Of a DNA stretch of 16,618 bases, positions 8,676 to 16,618 are shown in pieces; the stretch's first letter is position 1, and each line of letters begins with the position of its first letter. The DNA is from a virus. The notes beneath the pieces are model-generated. The model saw only the letters and a list, made by a program, of their open reading frames with translations, made no database searches and was not told the origin of the DNA. Where the stretch lies: the UHGV virus genome UHGV-0216076; one strand, 5' to 3'. The translations under genes and the position numbers were made by a program.

Positions 8676-8912
8676 GGTGAGAATCGAAGCAACTTGTCGT
8701 GCCAATCGAGCCATGTCGTCGTCAACGACGCCCCATTCAAGAACAGCAAGCAGCATTGAGAACTTTGGAATCCAGTCCCTCTTCCACCTGCTGATCTGCG
8801 ACTTATCAACTCCCACAGCTTCCGCTGTCTTCTCAGTTCCAAGCATTGCGATTTTGTTAAGCAACGCACTCTCGATTCGTAGAGCCTCGTTGCGTTTGTT
8901 TGCACGAACCAT
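8619..8912 (-). CDS. cII: CII transcriptional activator
   Basis: 97-aa reading from [47 protein letters not shown] matches lambda CII; the longer listed ORF is an upstream extension. Confidence 0.95.
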   Translation of the reverse strand: MVRANKRNEALRIESALLNKIAMLGTEKTAEAVGVDKSQISRWKRDWIPKFSMLLAVLEWGVVDDDMARLARQVASILTNKKRPAATERSDQIQMEF

Positions 8913-8922
8913 ATGTAAGTAT
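8890..8922 (+). promoter_or_regulatory. PRE (CII-activated promoter for repressor establishment)
   Basis: TTGCGTTTGTTTGC (TTGC-N6-TTGC) at 8890-8903 inside the first cII codons on the opposite strand, followed by AAGTAT at 8917-8922, as in lambda. Confidence 0.55.
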
Positions 8923-8991
8923 TTCCTTAGATAACAATTGATTGAATGTATGCAAATAAATGCATACACCATAGGTGTGGTTTAATTTGAT

Positions 8992-9023
8992 GCCCTTTTT
9001 CAGGGCTGGGATGTGTAAGAGCG
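8992..9023 (-). promoter_or_regulatory. nutR (boxA plus boxB) N-utilisation site
   Basis: Minus strand reads CGCTCTTAC (boxA) then GCCCTGAAAAAGGGC (boxB hairpin), matching lambda nutR; sits between cro and cII. Confidence 0.8.
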
Positions 9024-9031
9024 GGAATGTC

Positions 9032-9247
9032 TTAAGCGGCTTTGTGTTCCGGCGGGAACACGTCATCAAGACTGACTTTTGCGCCCAACTTGTTTAGGCA
9101 CTCAACAAGAGCACGGCATGTTTTAAGGTCTGGGAAGCGACGACCAGATTCCCAATGTCCGATAGCTCCCTGTGTGCATCCAACTGCCTTAGCAAGTGTT
9201 GTTTGAGAGATATTCAGTGACTCTCGATATTTTCGTAGGTTGCTCAT
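9032..9247 (-). CDS. cro: Cro-like HTH repressor (non-lambda immunity type)
   Basis: 71-aa reading from MSNLRKYRESLNISQTTLAKAVGCTQGAIGHWESGRR; GGAGGG SD; first gene of the rightward operon, divergent from cI; recognition helix resembles that of the adjacent CI; unlike lambda Cro. Confidence 0.8.
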   Translation of the reverse strand: MSNLRKYRESLNISQTTLAKAVGCTQGAIGHWESGRRFPDLKTCRALVECLNKLGAKVSLDDVFPPEHKAA

Positions 9248-9273
9248 ATGCCCTCCATAGTAACCATGAAACA

Positions 9274-9302
9274 ATAATACGATATGTACTTTTAGAATGC
9301 AA
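9274..9302 (-). promoter_or_regulatory. PR early rightward promoter overlapping an operator dyad
   Basis: Minus strand TTGCAT-N17-TATTAT (-35 at 9297-9302, -10 at 9274-9279), 27 nt upstream of the cro ATG; the 15-bp dyad AATACGATATGTACT (9276-9290) overlaps the -10 and spacer. Confidence 0.6.
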
Positions 9303-9364
9303 ACAAAAAATACATCTTGTGCATGGATGGTTTTAGTACAGAGCGTAATAATAAGGGTATGAAA

Positions 9365-10018
9365 ATGAAATGGTATGAACTGGCTAGATCCAGAATGAAA
9401 GAGCTCGGCATAACTCAAGAGAAGTTAGCTGAAGAGCTTGGTATGACGCAGGGTGGAATTGGTCACTGGTTGCGCGGATCTCGTCATCCATCTCTTGACG
9501 AGATTGGTGTGGTGTTTAAATACCTTGGTATTGATAACGTCTCATTCAACCACGACGGTACATTTTCACCTGTTGGCGAATACTCATCTGCCCCCGTTAA
9601 AAAACAATATGAGTACCCTGTTTTTTCTCATGTTCAGGCCGGGATGTTCTCGCCTGAGCTTAGAACCTTTACCAAAGGTGATGCGGAGAGATGGGTCAGC
9701 ACAACCAAAAAAGCCAGTGATTGTGCGTTCTGGCTTGAAGTTGAAGGTAATTCCATGACCGCGCCAACAGGATCCAAGCCAAGCTTTCCTGACGGGATGT
9801 TAATTCTCGTTGACCCTGAGCAGGCTGTTGAGCCAGGTGATTTCTGCATAGCCAGACTTGGTGGTGACGAGTTTACCTTCAAGAAACTGATCAGGGATAG
9901 CGGTCAGGTGTTCCTACAGCCACTAAACCCGCAATATCCAATGATTCCATGCAATGATAGCTGTTCCGTAGTAGGGAAAGTTATCGCCAGCCAGTGGCCT
10001 GAAGAGACATTTAGTTAA
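9365..10018 (+). CDS. cI: CI repressor (HTH N-terminus, LexA/S24-type autocleavage C-terminal domain)
   Basis: N-terminal HTH ([23 protein letters not shown]); C-terminal S24 peptidase features (GNSM serine, downstream conserved lysine in FTFKKL); divergent from cro; start could be 9359 or 9365; unlike lambda CI. Confidence 0.85.
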   Translation: MKWYELARSRMKELGITQEKLAEELGMTQGGIGHWLRGSRHPSLDEIGVVFKYLGIDNVSFNHDGTFSPVGEYSSAPVKKQYEYPVFSHVQAGMFSPELRTFTKGDAERWVSTTKKASDCAFWLEVEGNSMTAPTGSKPSFPDGMLILVDPEQAVEPGDFCIARLGGDEFTFKKLIRDSGQVFLQPLNPQYPMIPCNDSCSVVGKVIASQWPEETFS

Positions 10019-10050
10019 CAGCCTCACAACTCTAAAACACACAACAATAA

Positions 10051-10078
10051 CCCGACCTTAGCGTCGGGTTTTCTTTTT
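10051..10078 (+). terminator. Intrinsic terminator downstream of cI
   Basis: Hairpin CCCGAC/GTCGGG with 6-nt loop followed by TTTTCTTTTT, about 30 nt after the cI stop. Confidence 0.6.
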
Positions 10079-10143
10079 CCAAAATATAAACCCATTAAAT
10101 ACAAAGCGTTATAAAAAACTAATTATATTTAGAACATTTTGTA

Positions 10144-10172
10144 TTGACTCGATAAAGTACAAATCGTACTAT
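10144..10172 (+). promoter_or_regulatory. PL early leftward promoter overlapping an operator dyad
   Basis: TTGACT-N17-TACTAT (-35 at 10144-10149, -10 at 10167-10172); perfect 15-bp dyad AGTACAAATCGTACT (10156-10170) overlaps spacer and -10; nutL follows 40 nt downstream. Confidence 0.6.
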
Positions 10173-10212
10173 TTAGCCATCAGCAGGACGCACTGACCAC
10201 CATGAAGGTGAG

Positions 10213-10242
10213 GCTCTTAAAAATTAAGCCCTGAAGAAGGGC
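10213..10242 (+). promoter_or_regulatory. nutL (boxA plus boxB)
   Basis: GCTCTTAA followed by boxB hairpin GCCCTGAAGAAGGGC, matching lambda nutL as recalled. Confidence 0.8.
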
Positions 10243-10510
10243 AGCATTCAAAGCAGAAGGCTTTGGGGTGTGGTGAAGCCAGCTAGTCACTGGCAAGTGC
10301 TTACCTACTGTTGAGCGGTGAAGCGCTCCCAACGCTAGCAATAGCGTGGACGAGATGGGGAGCCGCGGGCGATAAGGCCGCCATAACGCGCACGTTGTCG
10401 CATGGAAAAATCGCTGGGGTGCCGGTTATACCCCTCCGAATGAGACTCAACAAGCTGGAGCTAGACTACCAGCCACCACACCACCAAAGCTAACTGACAG
10501 GAGAATCCAG

Positions 10511-11408
<898 letters not shown>

Positions 11409-11531
11409 TTAAAAGACAGGCATACTAATAAACACTGCACTGTGTATTCATTCCAACGAGTGAATACACGGAGCAATGTCGCTCGTAACTAAACAGGAGC
11501 CGACTTGTTCTGATTATTGGAAATCTTCTTT

Positions 11532-11559
11532 GCCCTCCAATGTGAGGGCAGTTTTTTTT
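11532..11559 (+). terminator. Strong intrinsic terminator immediately upstream of the acidic-protein gene
   Basis: Perfect 7-bp stem TGCCCTC/GAGGGCA with 6-nt loop followed by G plus T8. Confidence 0.65.
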
Positions 11560-11572
11560 GACGGAGTAAACG

Positions 11573-11821
11573 ATGATAAAAACTGATTACCCTGCAGAGC
11601 TTAAACAAAAAGTAATAACAGCAATTAAATGCTCTTTTATCTCATGTCGTACAGATGAAGAACGATATGTCGTTGAGTGTACAATTGTCGAGTTTCTCAC
11701 AGCGATGGAATTTACCGCTGCAGAATCAATAGATGTATTAAAGCAATCAGACGGAAATGATATTGAAACGGATGATGTTATTGACCGACTAATAAAATCA
11801 TTCGAAGAAGAAATAGAGTAG
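11573..11821 (+). CDS. Hypothetical 82-aa strongly acidic protein
   Basis: GGAG SD 6 nt upstream; AT-rich; C-terminus DGNDIETDDVIDRLIKSFEEEIE is highly acidic; occupies the ral/anti-restriction slot of the PL operon. Confidence 0.6.
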   Translation: MIKTDYPAELKQKVITAIKCSFISCRTDEERYVVECTIVEFLTAMEFTAAESIDVLKQSDGNDIETDDVIDRLIKSFEEEIE

Positions 11822-11904
11822 CCGCCTGAGCGCGGCTTTACCGCATACCAATAATGCTTCACGAGAGGCATTTTCGTTATGCAATCAAATATAAGGAGTT
11901 ACCC

Positions 11905-12039
11905 ATGATGCACTTTCAGCTCGCGGGTAGCGGCGTCATGTCCGCTTTCTACCCGCACGAATCTGAATTATCACGCCGAGTTAAACAATTAATCAGAGCA
12001 GCAAAGAAACAACTGGAGGCGTTATGCGCAATGAAATAG
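11905..12039 (+). CDS. cIII: CIII-like protein (FtsH inhibitor that stabilises CII)
   Basis: 44-aa reading MMHFQLAGSGVMSAFYPHESELSRRVKQLIRAAKKQLEAL parallels lambda CIII (MQYAIAGWPVAGCPSESLLERITRKLRDGWKRL) including the amphipathic helix; AAGGAG SD. Confidence 0.75.
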   Translation: MMHFQLAGSGVMSAFYPHESELSRRVKQLIRAAKKQLEALCAMK

Positions 12040-12176
12040 CCATTAATCACCAGATGCTTCGTGCTGCACAGAACAAAGCAGTAATAGCCAGATTTATTGG
12101 TGATTCAAAAATGTGGCTTGAAGCAAATAAAGCGATGAAATCAGCTATCAACCTTCCGTGGTATCGCAGGAAATGA
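12024..12176 (+). CDS. Kil-like small protein
   Basis: 50-aa ORF MRNEIAINHQMLRAAQNKAVIARFIGDSKMWLEANKAMKSAINLPWYRRK; GGAGG SD; position after cIII as in lambda/P22; FIGD motif recalled from lambda Kil (uncertain). Confidence 0.45.
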   Translation: MRNEIAINHQMLRAAQNKAVIARFIGDSKMWLEANKAMKSAINLPWYRRK

Positions 12177-12251
12177 GTTTTACAGATAACTGGTCAGACG
12201 AAGAATTCATTCGTCAGATGAAAGATTTAATCGGTAACGAAGGAGATATTC

Positions 12252-12422
12252 ATGTCACTTGCAACCACAGTGAAGGAGAGCAAGTTACAGAGACGCATGT
12301 ACACGCAGAAAGCTCTCTGGTATCGCCATAATGGTGACCGCGAAGGGATGCGGGTATGCCTTAATTTGTCCCGAGTCGAAGTATTAAATCAGCGTTATTT
12401 CCTTGGGCCGTGTCCATTCTGA
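12252..12422 (+). CDS. Small 56-aa ORF upstream of erf (Arf-like by position), hypothetical
   Basis: AGGAG SD 6 nt upstream; ends 10 nt before the erf start; an alternative 52-aa ORF (12173-12331, ATGA-coupled to the Kil-like ORF) overlaps it in another frame, so only one is likely real. Confidence 0.35.
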   Translation: MSLATTVKESKLQRRMYTQKALWYRHNGDREGMRVCLNLSRVEVLNQRYFLGPCPF

Positions 12423-12432
12423 GAACAATAAT

Positions 12433-13038
12433 ATGAGCAAAGAATTTTACGCAAGACTGGCAGCTATTCAGGAGAATCTGAACGCGCCAAAGAATCAGTA
12501 CAACTCATTCGGCAAATATAAATACAGAAGCTGCGAAGACATTCTTGAAGGCGTTAAGCCGTTACTGAATGGCCTGTTTTTATCAATCAGCGATGAAGTT
12601 GTGTTGATTGGTGATCGGTATTACGTGAAAGCCACGGCAACTATTACCGATGGCGAAAACAGTCATACGGCAACCGCTCTTGCACGAGAGGAAGAAAGCA
12701 AGAAAGGAATGGATTCTGCACAAGTTACTGGAGCTACAAGCTCTTATGCACGCAAGTATTGCCTCAATGGTTTATTCGGCATTGATGATGCGAAAGATGC
12801 AGATACAGACGAGCATAAACATCAACAGAACGCAGCAGCAAAGCAATCAAAACCATCACCTACACCTGAACAGGTTCTAAAAGCATTCACTGACGCGGCA
12901 TTGCAGAAAAACACCGTGGAAGAGCTTAAACAGGCGTTCGCCAAAGCGTGGAAGATGCTCGAAGGCACACCGGAGCAGCACAAAGCGCAGGACGTTTACA
13001 ACATCAGACGAGACGAATTAGAAGGAGCGGCTGCTTAA
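12433..13038 (+). CDS. erf: Erf-family single-strand annealing protein
   Basis: Reading from MSKEFYARLAAIQENLNAPKNQYNSFGKYKYRSCEDILEGVKPLLNG resembles P22 Erf as recalled; replaces lambda Red exo/bet; stop overlaps the next start (TAATG). Confidence 0.8.
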   Translation: MSKEFYARLAAIQENLNAPKNQYNSFGKYKYRSCEDILEGVKPLLNGLFLSISDEVVLIGDRYYVKATATITDGENSHTATALAREEESKKGMDSAQVTGATSSYARKYCLNGLFGIDDAKDADTDEHKHQQNAAAKQSKPSPTPEQVLKAFTDAALQKNTVEELKQAFAKAWKMLEGTPEQHKAQDVYNIRRDELEGAAA

Positions 13039-13421
13039 TGGCACATTCGATTACTGTAAGACTAAACAAGCCCGCAAGAGAGTTTCAGGCCGGGGAAAAT
13101 ATCGGATTCAACATCCGTGCTGGAGTTCAGTATTACGATCGCCAGACAAAAAAGAAAGAATGGACAAACTACAGCGCCGTTGTATTTGCCAAGCCGGGAG
13201 CGCAAGCGGATTACTACCGTAGTGTTCTTGTTGAAGGTGGCATTGTGGAAATTACCGGAGAAAACATCAGGGTTGATGTTTATCAGGGGCAAAATGGTCA
13301 ATCAATCACTCTTGAATTACTGAATGCAAAGATTGGATTTGCAGCTTCAGGAAACAGCCAACAGCAGCAAAGTAGCAATCATCAAAATCATCCTGAATAC
13401 GACGATTCAATTCCATTCTAA
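13038..13421 (+). CDS. SSB-like single-stranded DNA-binding protein
   Basis: 127 aa; Gln/Gly/Ser-rich linker (SGNSQQQQSSNHQNH) and C-terminal acidic tip DDSIPF like E. coli SSB DDDIPF; translationally coupled to erf. Confidence 0.65.
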   Translation: MAHSITVRLNKPAREFQAGENIGFNIRAGVQYYDRQTKKKEWTNYSAVVFAKPGAQADYYRSVLVEGGIVEITGENIRVDVYQGQNGQSITLELLNAKIGFAASGNSQQQQSSNHQNHPEYDDSIPF

Positions 13422-13444
13422 AGTAGCAACATAAGGATTCCATT

Positions 13445-13741
13445 ATGCCAGCGCCTATGTATGGTGCGGATGACCCGCGCCGCTGTTCCGGCAATTCTGT
13501 ATCGGAGGTGCTGGATAAATTCAGAAAAAACTACGATCGAATAATGTCTCTACCGCAGGAAACGAAAGAGGAAAAGGAATTTCGCCACTGTATATGGCTT
13601 GCAGAGAAAGAAGAACGCGAGCGAATTTACCAGACATCAATCCGACCATTCCGCAAAGCCACATATACCCACTTCCCTGAATATATCGACCCGCGCCTGC
13701 GTAATTACCGCTCACGCTATGGCGCTATCAGTAATGACTGA
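13445..13741 (+). CDS. Hypothetical 98-aa protein (Abc2-like anti-RecBCD by position only)
   Basis: AAGGA SD; follows erf/ssb where P22 carries abc genes; no sequence recognition. Confidence 0.55.
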   Translation: MPAPMYGADDPRRCSGNSVSEVLDKFRKNYDRIMSLPQETKEEKEFRHCIWLAEKEERERIYQTSIRPFRKATYTHFPEYIDPRLRNYRSRYGAISND

Positions 13742-13751
13742 GGAATTTACC

Positions 13752-13919
13752 ATGAGAGGACTTGCATACAATCCCGGCATTCTTCCGGCAGAAATGATTA
13801 TTCGCCAACGCGTAAAGCCAATGCCATCGAGAGAGGAATTGCTTAAGAGAAATTCTTTTCCATCAGTGAATCAAAACAAATATCTGAATGCGATGTGGCG
13901 CAAAGGAGGCAACCAGTGA
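13752..13919 (+). CDS. Hypothetical 55-aa protein
   Basis: ATG at 13752; stop overlaps the GTG start of the Ea22-like gene (GTGA); the listed longer ORF in this frame starts inside the previous gene. Confidence 0.35.
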   Translation: MRGLAYNPGILPAEMIIRQRVKPMPSREELLKRNSFPSVNQNKYLNAMWRKGGNQ

Positions 13920-14584
13920 GCAAGATTGACTATCAGGCACTGCGTGCTAAGGCAGAGAAAGCAACGTGTGGTGTGTGGTCGCTCGAATATGGAGAGGGCC
14001 GATTTGATGGTGATGATGCGCTAATTCATCGTGAAGTTGCTGGATATATTCCCATTTGCAGAATTGAAGGAGCGCATCCTGAAAGCGGTTTCGATGAAGA
14101 TTTCCAAATGGAACAGCAGGCCAATGCTGAATTCATCGCCGCAGCCAATCCGGCTACCGTCTTGGCGCTGCTGGATGAACGGGAAAGAAACCAGCAATAC
14201 ATAAAACGCCGCGATCAGGAGAACGAGGAGATTGCGTTAACGGTAGGGAAGCTGCGTGTTGAGCTGGAAGGCAAAGACAAGCTGATTGCAGAGCTTGGAA
14301 AACAATGCGCCGAATGGGAGCGAAAAGCATTAAGCAACTTTGAAGAGTGTGCTGCGATGGCTGAACGTATCGAAGAGATGAGTAAGCAAAGTTGCGAAGC
14401 CCGTGAGCGTGATTTGTTTGAATCATGGGTAATGCATTCAATTTGTATCTCCAAATCGACGCTTGAAGGATTGCGCACCGAAACTGGATACCGTAACGCA
14501 ACCTTATCAGGCACAGACTTCAACCGAATGTGGAAACAATGGAAATCTATCCGCGCCGCTGGCATTCGCATCAAAGGAGAGTGA
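13916..14584 (+). CDS. Ead/Ea22-like protein
   Basis: N-terminal region [24 protein letters not shown]...[20 protein letters not shown] resembles the conserved Ead/Ea22 N-domain; coiled-coil C-terminal half; start set at GTG 13916 with AGGAGG SD (the listed ORF begins at 13895). Confidence 0.7.
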   Translation: MSKIDYQALRAKAEKATCGVWSLEYGEGRFDGDDALIHREVAGYIPICRIEGAHPESGFDEDFQMEQQANAEFIAAANPATVLALLDERERNQQYIKRRDQENEEIALTVGKLRVELEGKDKLIAELGKQCAEWERKALSNFEECAAMAERIEEMSKQSCEARERDLFESWVMHSICISKSTLEGLRTETGYRNATLSGTDFNRMWKQWKSIRAAGIRIKGE

Positions 14585-14585
14585 T

Positions 14586-15230
14586 ATGAGCACTATCACT
14601 AAAGAACGTATCGAATTGTTCATTAAATCCCCGCTTGAAAACGGGCTTACCCGTGGCGAACAAATGGAACTGGCACGAATTGCACTGGCCTCGCTTGAGG
14701 CAGAGCCAGTTGGTGCATTCCACATTGCTGAACAGCAAGTTGACGGCACAAGTGACTACATCAAGGATGGGGAGTGGCCTATTGATAATGGGACAATTGA
14801 AGTCTACGCCGCCCCGCCAGTACCGGTAGTACCTGCTGCATTACCTGAGAACGACGATGAGGATGGGCATGACATTGATTATCTTGAGCCATCTGAAGTT
14901 TACGCGCTTGGGCGAACAGCTGGCTGGAACGCCTGCCGCTCCGCCATGCTTCAGGGTAAATCCGAACAACCACAAAACGCACAACAAAATATTCCGGAAA
15001 ATATTCCCGGTGGCAACTCTCCGGTAACTCCTGATGGTTGGATAAGCTGTAGTGATCGAATGCCGAAAGGGTATGCTGATGTGTTAGTGACCGACGGCGA
15101 GCATGTCGAGGTTAAATGGTGGGATGAATCTGAGTATTGGAATAGTTGGACGGAACTTAACTCAGATATCTTTGCCGATGAAATAACTCACTGGATGCCG
15201 CTACCGAAACCGCCGCAGGAGGTGAAGTGA
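14586..15230 (+). CDS. Hypothetical protein with DUF551-like C-terminal domain
   Basis: Start MSTITKERIELF with AAGGAGAG SD; C-terminus ...DGWISCSDRMPKGYADVLVTDGEHVEVKWWDE...ITHWMPLPKPP fits the DUF551 pattern as recalled. Confidence 0.65.
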   Translation: MSTITKERIELFIKSPLENGLTRGEQMELARIALASLEAEPVGAFHIAEQQVDGTSDYIKDGEWPIDNGTIEVYAAPPVPVVPAALPENDDEDGHDIDYLEPSEVYALGRTAGWNACRSAMLQGKSEQPQNAQQNIPENIPGGNSPVTPDGWISCSDRMPKGYADVLVTDGEHVEVKWWDESEYWNSWTELNSDIFADEITHWMPLPKPPQEVK

Positions 15231-15508
15231 TGGACTCCTTCGCGAAATATACGATTATTGACTGGATAGCATTCCTTCAGGTTTTGCTCATCTGGTTTTA
15301 TATGGCTTACAGGAGTGGACAGTGGATTGTAAGTGTGGCCTGTAGCAAGGGATGGCGTTGGTGGAACCGAAAGAATAAAAAAGCGCTGGCCTTGGATTCG
15401 TTTTACGAAGCATTCAATCTTAACAGCCTTCAGCCTGGTTCTGTCGTTGTTGTCACCACTCAAAGCGGCATGACCATTCAGATTCATAAACCAAAAGAGG
15501 AAAAATGA
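15230..15508 (+). CDS. Hypothetical small membrane protein (92 aa, one predicted TM helix)
   Basis: Hydrophobic segment IIDWIAFLQVLLIWFYMAY then basic stretch RWWNRKNKK; start overlaps the previous stop (TGATG). Confidence 0.5.
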   Translation: MDSFAKYTIIDWIAFLQVLLIWFYMAYRSGQWIVSVACSKGWRWWNRKNKKALALDSFYEAFNLNSLQPGSVVVVTTQSGMTIQIHKPKEEK

Positions 15509-15666
15509 TGTGGCCTATATGTGTTAATTGCGGACGGATGTGCCTATCTGGATGGTGCCGAAAGTGCGACAAATGCACGAAGAAAAGACAATAACAATCC
15601 TCGCACTCGCGGGGATTTCTTTTATCTGAACTCGCTACGGCGAGTTTTGTTTTATGGAGATGATAA

Positions 15667-15834
15667 ATGCACTTCCGAGTCACAGGTGAATGGAATGGAG
15701 AGCCATTCAACAGGGTTATCGAAGCAGAGAACATCAACGACTGCTATAACCACTGGATGATATGGGCGCAGATAGCGCATGCAGACGTAACCAATATTCG
15801 AATTGAAGAACTGAAAGAACACCATGCCGCCTGA
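15667..15834 (+). CDS. Hypothetical 55-aa protein
   Basis: GGAG SD about 8 nt upstream; preceded by a weak hairpin plus T-tract (15631-15654) and followed by hairpin CCGCC/GGCGG plus T6 (15827-15846). Confidence 0.35.
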   Translation: MHFRVTGEWNGEPFNRVIEAENINDCYNHWMIWAQIAHADVTNIRIEELKEHHAA

Positions 15835-15860
15835 TGGCGGTTTTTTATTGGAGACAAGAA

Positions 15861-16205
15861 ATGTCAGATTTGGCTATGAAGGTTTTGAAATGGCAATCGA
15901 CTGGCGATGTCGGCATCAGTAGCGCAACTCTTGCCTCAATCGCATGTGGACTGAAAAAGAATATCTATGGTCATAGCTTCGGTGCTCCATATGACGCAGC
16001 CGATTTCCGGCGATGCGTTGCACTTGTTGAGCAGATTCCAGAAATCAGAGATTCATTCGACAAGGTTGCAAAGCGCGTTCCGGCATTCAAAGGCATCCTC
16101 AACGAATGGGATTCTCTCGTTGCTCTGTTGAAGTCTGAAATGAAGATACACGGAAACAAAGCACCAGAGACTTACAGAAGAATCAGCGAGCTACGCAAGG
16201 ACTAA
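15861..16205 (+). CDS. Hypothetical 114-aa protein
   Basis: Start MSDLAMKVLKW with GGAG SD 6-7 nt upstream, directly after a terminator-like hairpin; no family recognised. Confidence 0.55.
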   Translation: MSDLAMKVLKWQSTGDVGISSATLASIACGLKKNIYGHSFGAPYDAADFRRCVALVEQIPEIRDSFDKVAKRVPAFKGILNEWDSLVALLKSEMKIHGNKAPETYRRISELRKD

Positions 16206-16329
16206 CCACAGTCTCACACTCGATGAGGCCTGTTCATTTCTCAAGATATCCAGACCTACCATTGCTGCATCAATGCGGCTTTTTATTGCCTGATTTGCAG
16301 GTTCGATTCCCTATTCGGAGATAGCACTC

Positions 16330-16530
16330 ATGCAACACGAACTACAGCCTGATTCACTGGTTGATTTGAAATTCATCATGGCTGATACTGGCTTCGGTAA
16401 GACCTTCATCTATGACCGGATTAAGTCCGGGGACCTGCCTAAAGCCAAAGTTATCCACGGGCGAGCAAGATGGTTATATCGTGACCATTGTGAATTCAAA
16501 AATAAGCTCTTAAGCCGCGCCAATGGGTAA
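16330..16530 (+). CDS. xis: Excisionase-like winged-helix protein (Xis/AlpA family)
   Basis: 66 aa; pattern L..L.FIMADTGFGKTFIYDRIKSGDLP...GRARWLYRDHCEF fits AlpA/Xis-type proteins; its 3' end overlaps an ATG opening a frame that runs off the window, as xis-int does in lambda. Confidence 0.55.
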   Translation: MQHELQPDSLVDLKFIMADTGFGKTFIYDRIKSGDLPKAKVIHGRARWLYRDHCEFKNKLLSRANG

Positions 16531-16618
16531 AATAGCGGGTAAAATTTTTTTCACATCTAAAAAACACCATTCCAATCAATCCCCTGCCGCTTCAAGTAGA
16601 TGTCTGCAGGGGACACCA
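16523..16618 (+). CDS. int: Possible 5' end of the integrase gene, truncated by the window end
   Basis: ATG at 16523 overlaps the last xis codons; the frame stays open for 32 codons to the end of the window (MGKIAGKIFFTSKKHHSNQSP...); assignment by position only. Confidence 0.3.
   Translation, partial: MGKIAGKIFFTSKKHHSNQSPAASSRCLQGTP

Noticed and set aside
8531-8905. 124-aa minus-strand ORF overlapping cII in another frame
   Set aside because: cII is unambiguously identified in its own frame, and this region also encodes the OOP RNA on the other strand; alternative-frame artefact.
8940-8990. Possible tR1 terminator between nutR and cII
   Set aside because: Lambda tR1 is Rho-dependent and has no clear hairpin/U-tract signature; nothing in the sequence could be called with confidence.
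10311-10493. 60-aa plus-strand ORF in the N leader
   Set aside because: Falls in the untranslated leader between nutL and N, which in lambda is structured RNA; no SD; proline/arginine-rich translation typical of a GC-rich noncoding frame.
14154-14982. Minus-strand ORFs of 67-119 aa antisense to the Ea22-like and DUF551 genes
   Set aside because: Antisense to a continuous, translationally coupled plus-strand operon; no start signals.

Overview
This window is the early and lysis portion of a lambdoid (lambda-like) prophage or phage from an enterobacterium, drawn in reverse orientation to the conventional lambda map. All calls rest on reading the six-frame translations and the DNA by eye and on recall of lambda/P22 proteins; nothing was searched or computed. 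On the minus strand, from high to low coordinates, sit: a heterologous cro, lambda-type nutR, cII, a non-lambda replication module (O-like iteron-binding initiator with in-gene origin repeats, plus a TOPRIM primase/helicase fusion), a tR2-like terminator, a nin region (ninB, ninE, an orphan C5-cytosine methyltransferase, ninF, ninG, ninH, ninI), Q, PR'/tR', and the lysis cassette S, R, Rz/Rz1. On the plus strand sit: a heterologous cI with its terminator, PL/OL, lambda-type nutL and N, a cIII homologue, a Kil-like ORF, an Erf-type recombination module with an SSB-like gene in place of Red, several small unknown ORFs, an Ea22-like gene, a DUF551-like gene, an excisionase-like gene, and a probable integrase start cut off by the window end. 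The phage is a mosaic: N/nut, cII, Q and the lysis genes are essentially lambda, while immunity, replication, recombination and accessory slots are not. The best candidate for an undescribed function is an AT-rich island at 10827-11821, in the sieB/ral slot next to N. It holds a divergent gene pair (a 164-aa coiled-coil/Cys4 protein and an 82-aa acidic protein) around a repeat-rich control region. A second oddity is a 269-codon out-of-frame ORF nested inside the methyltransferase gene.
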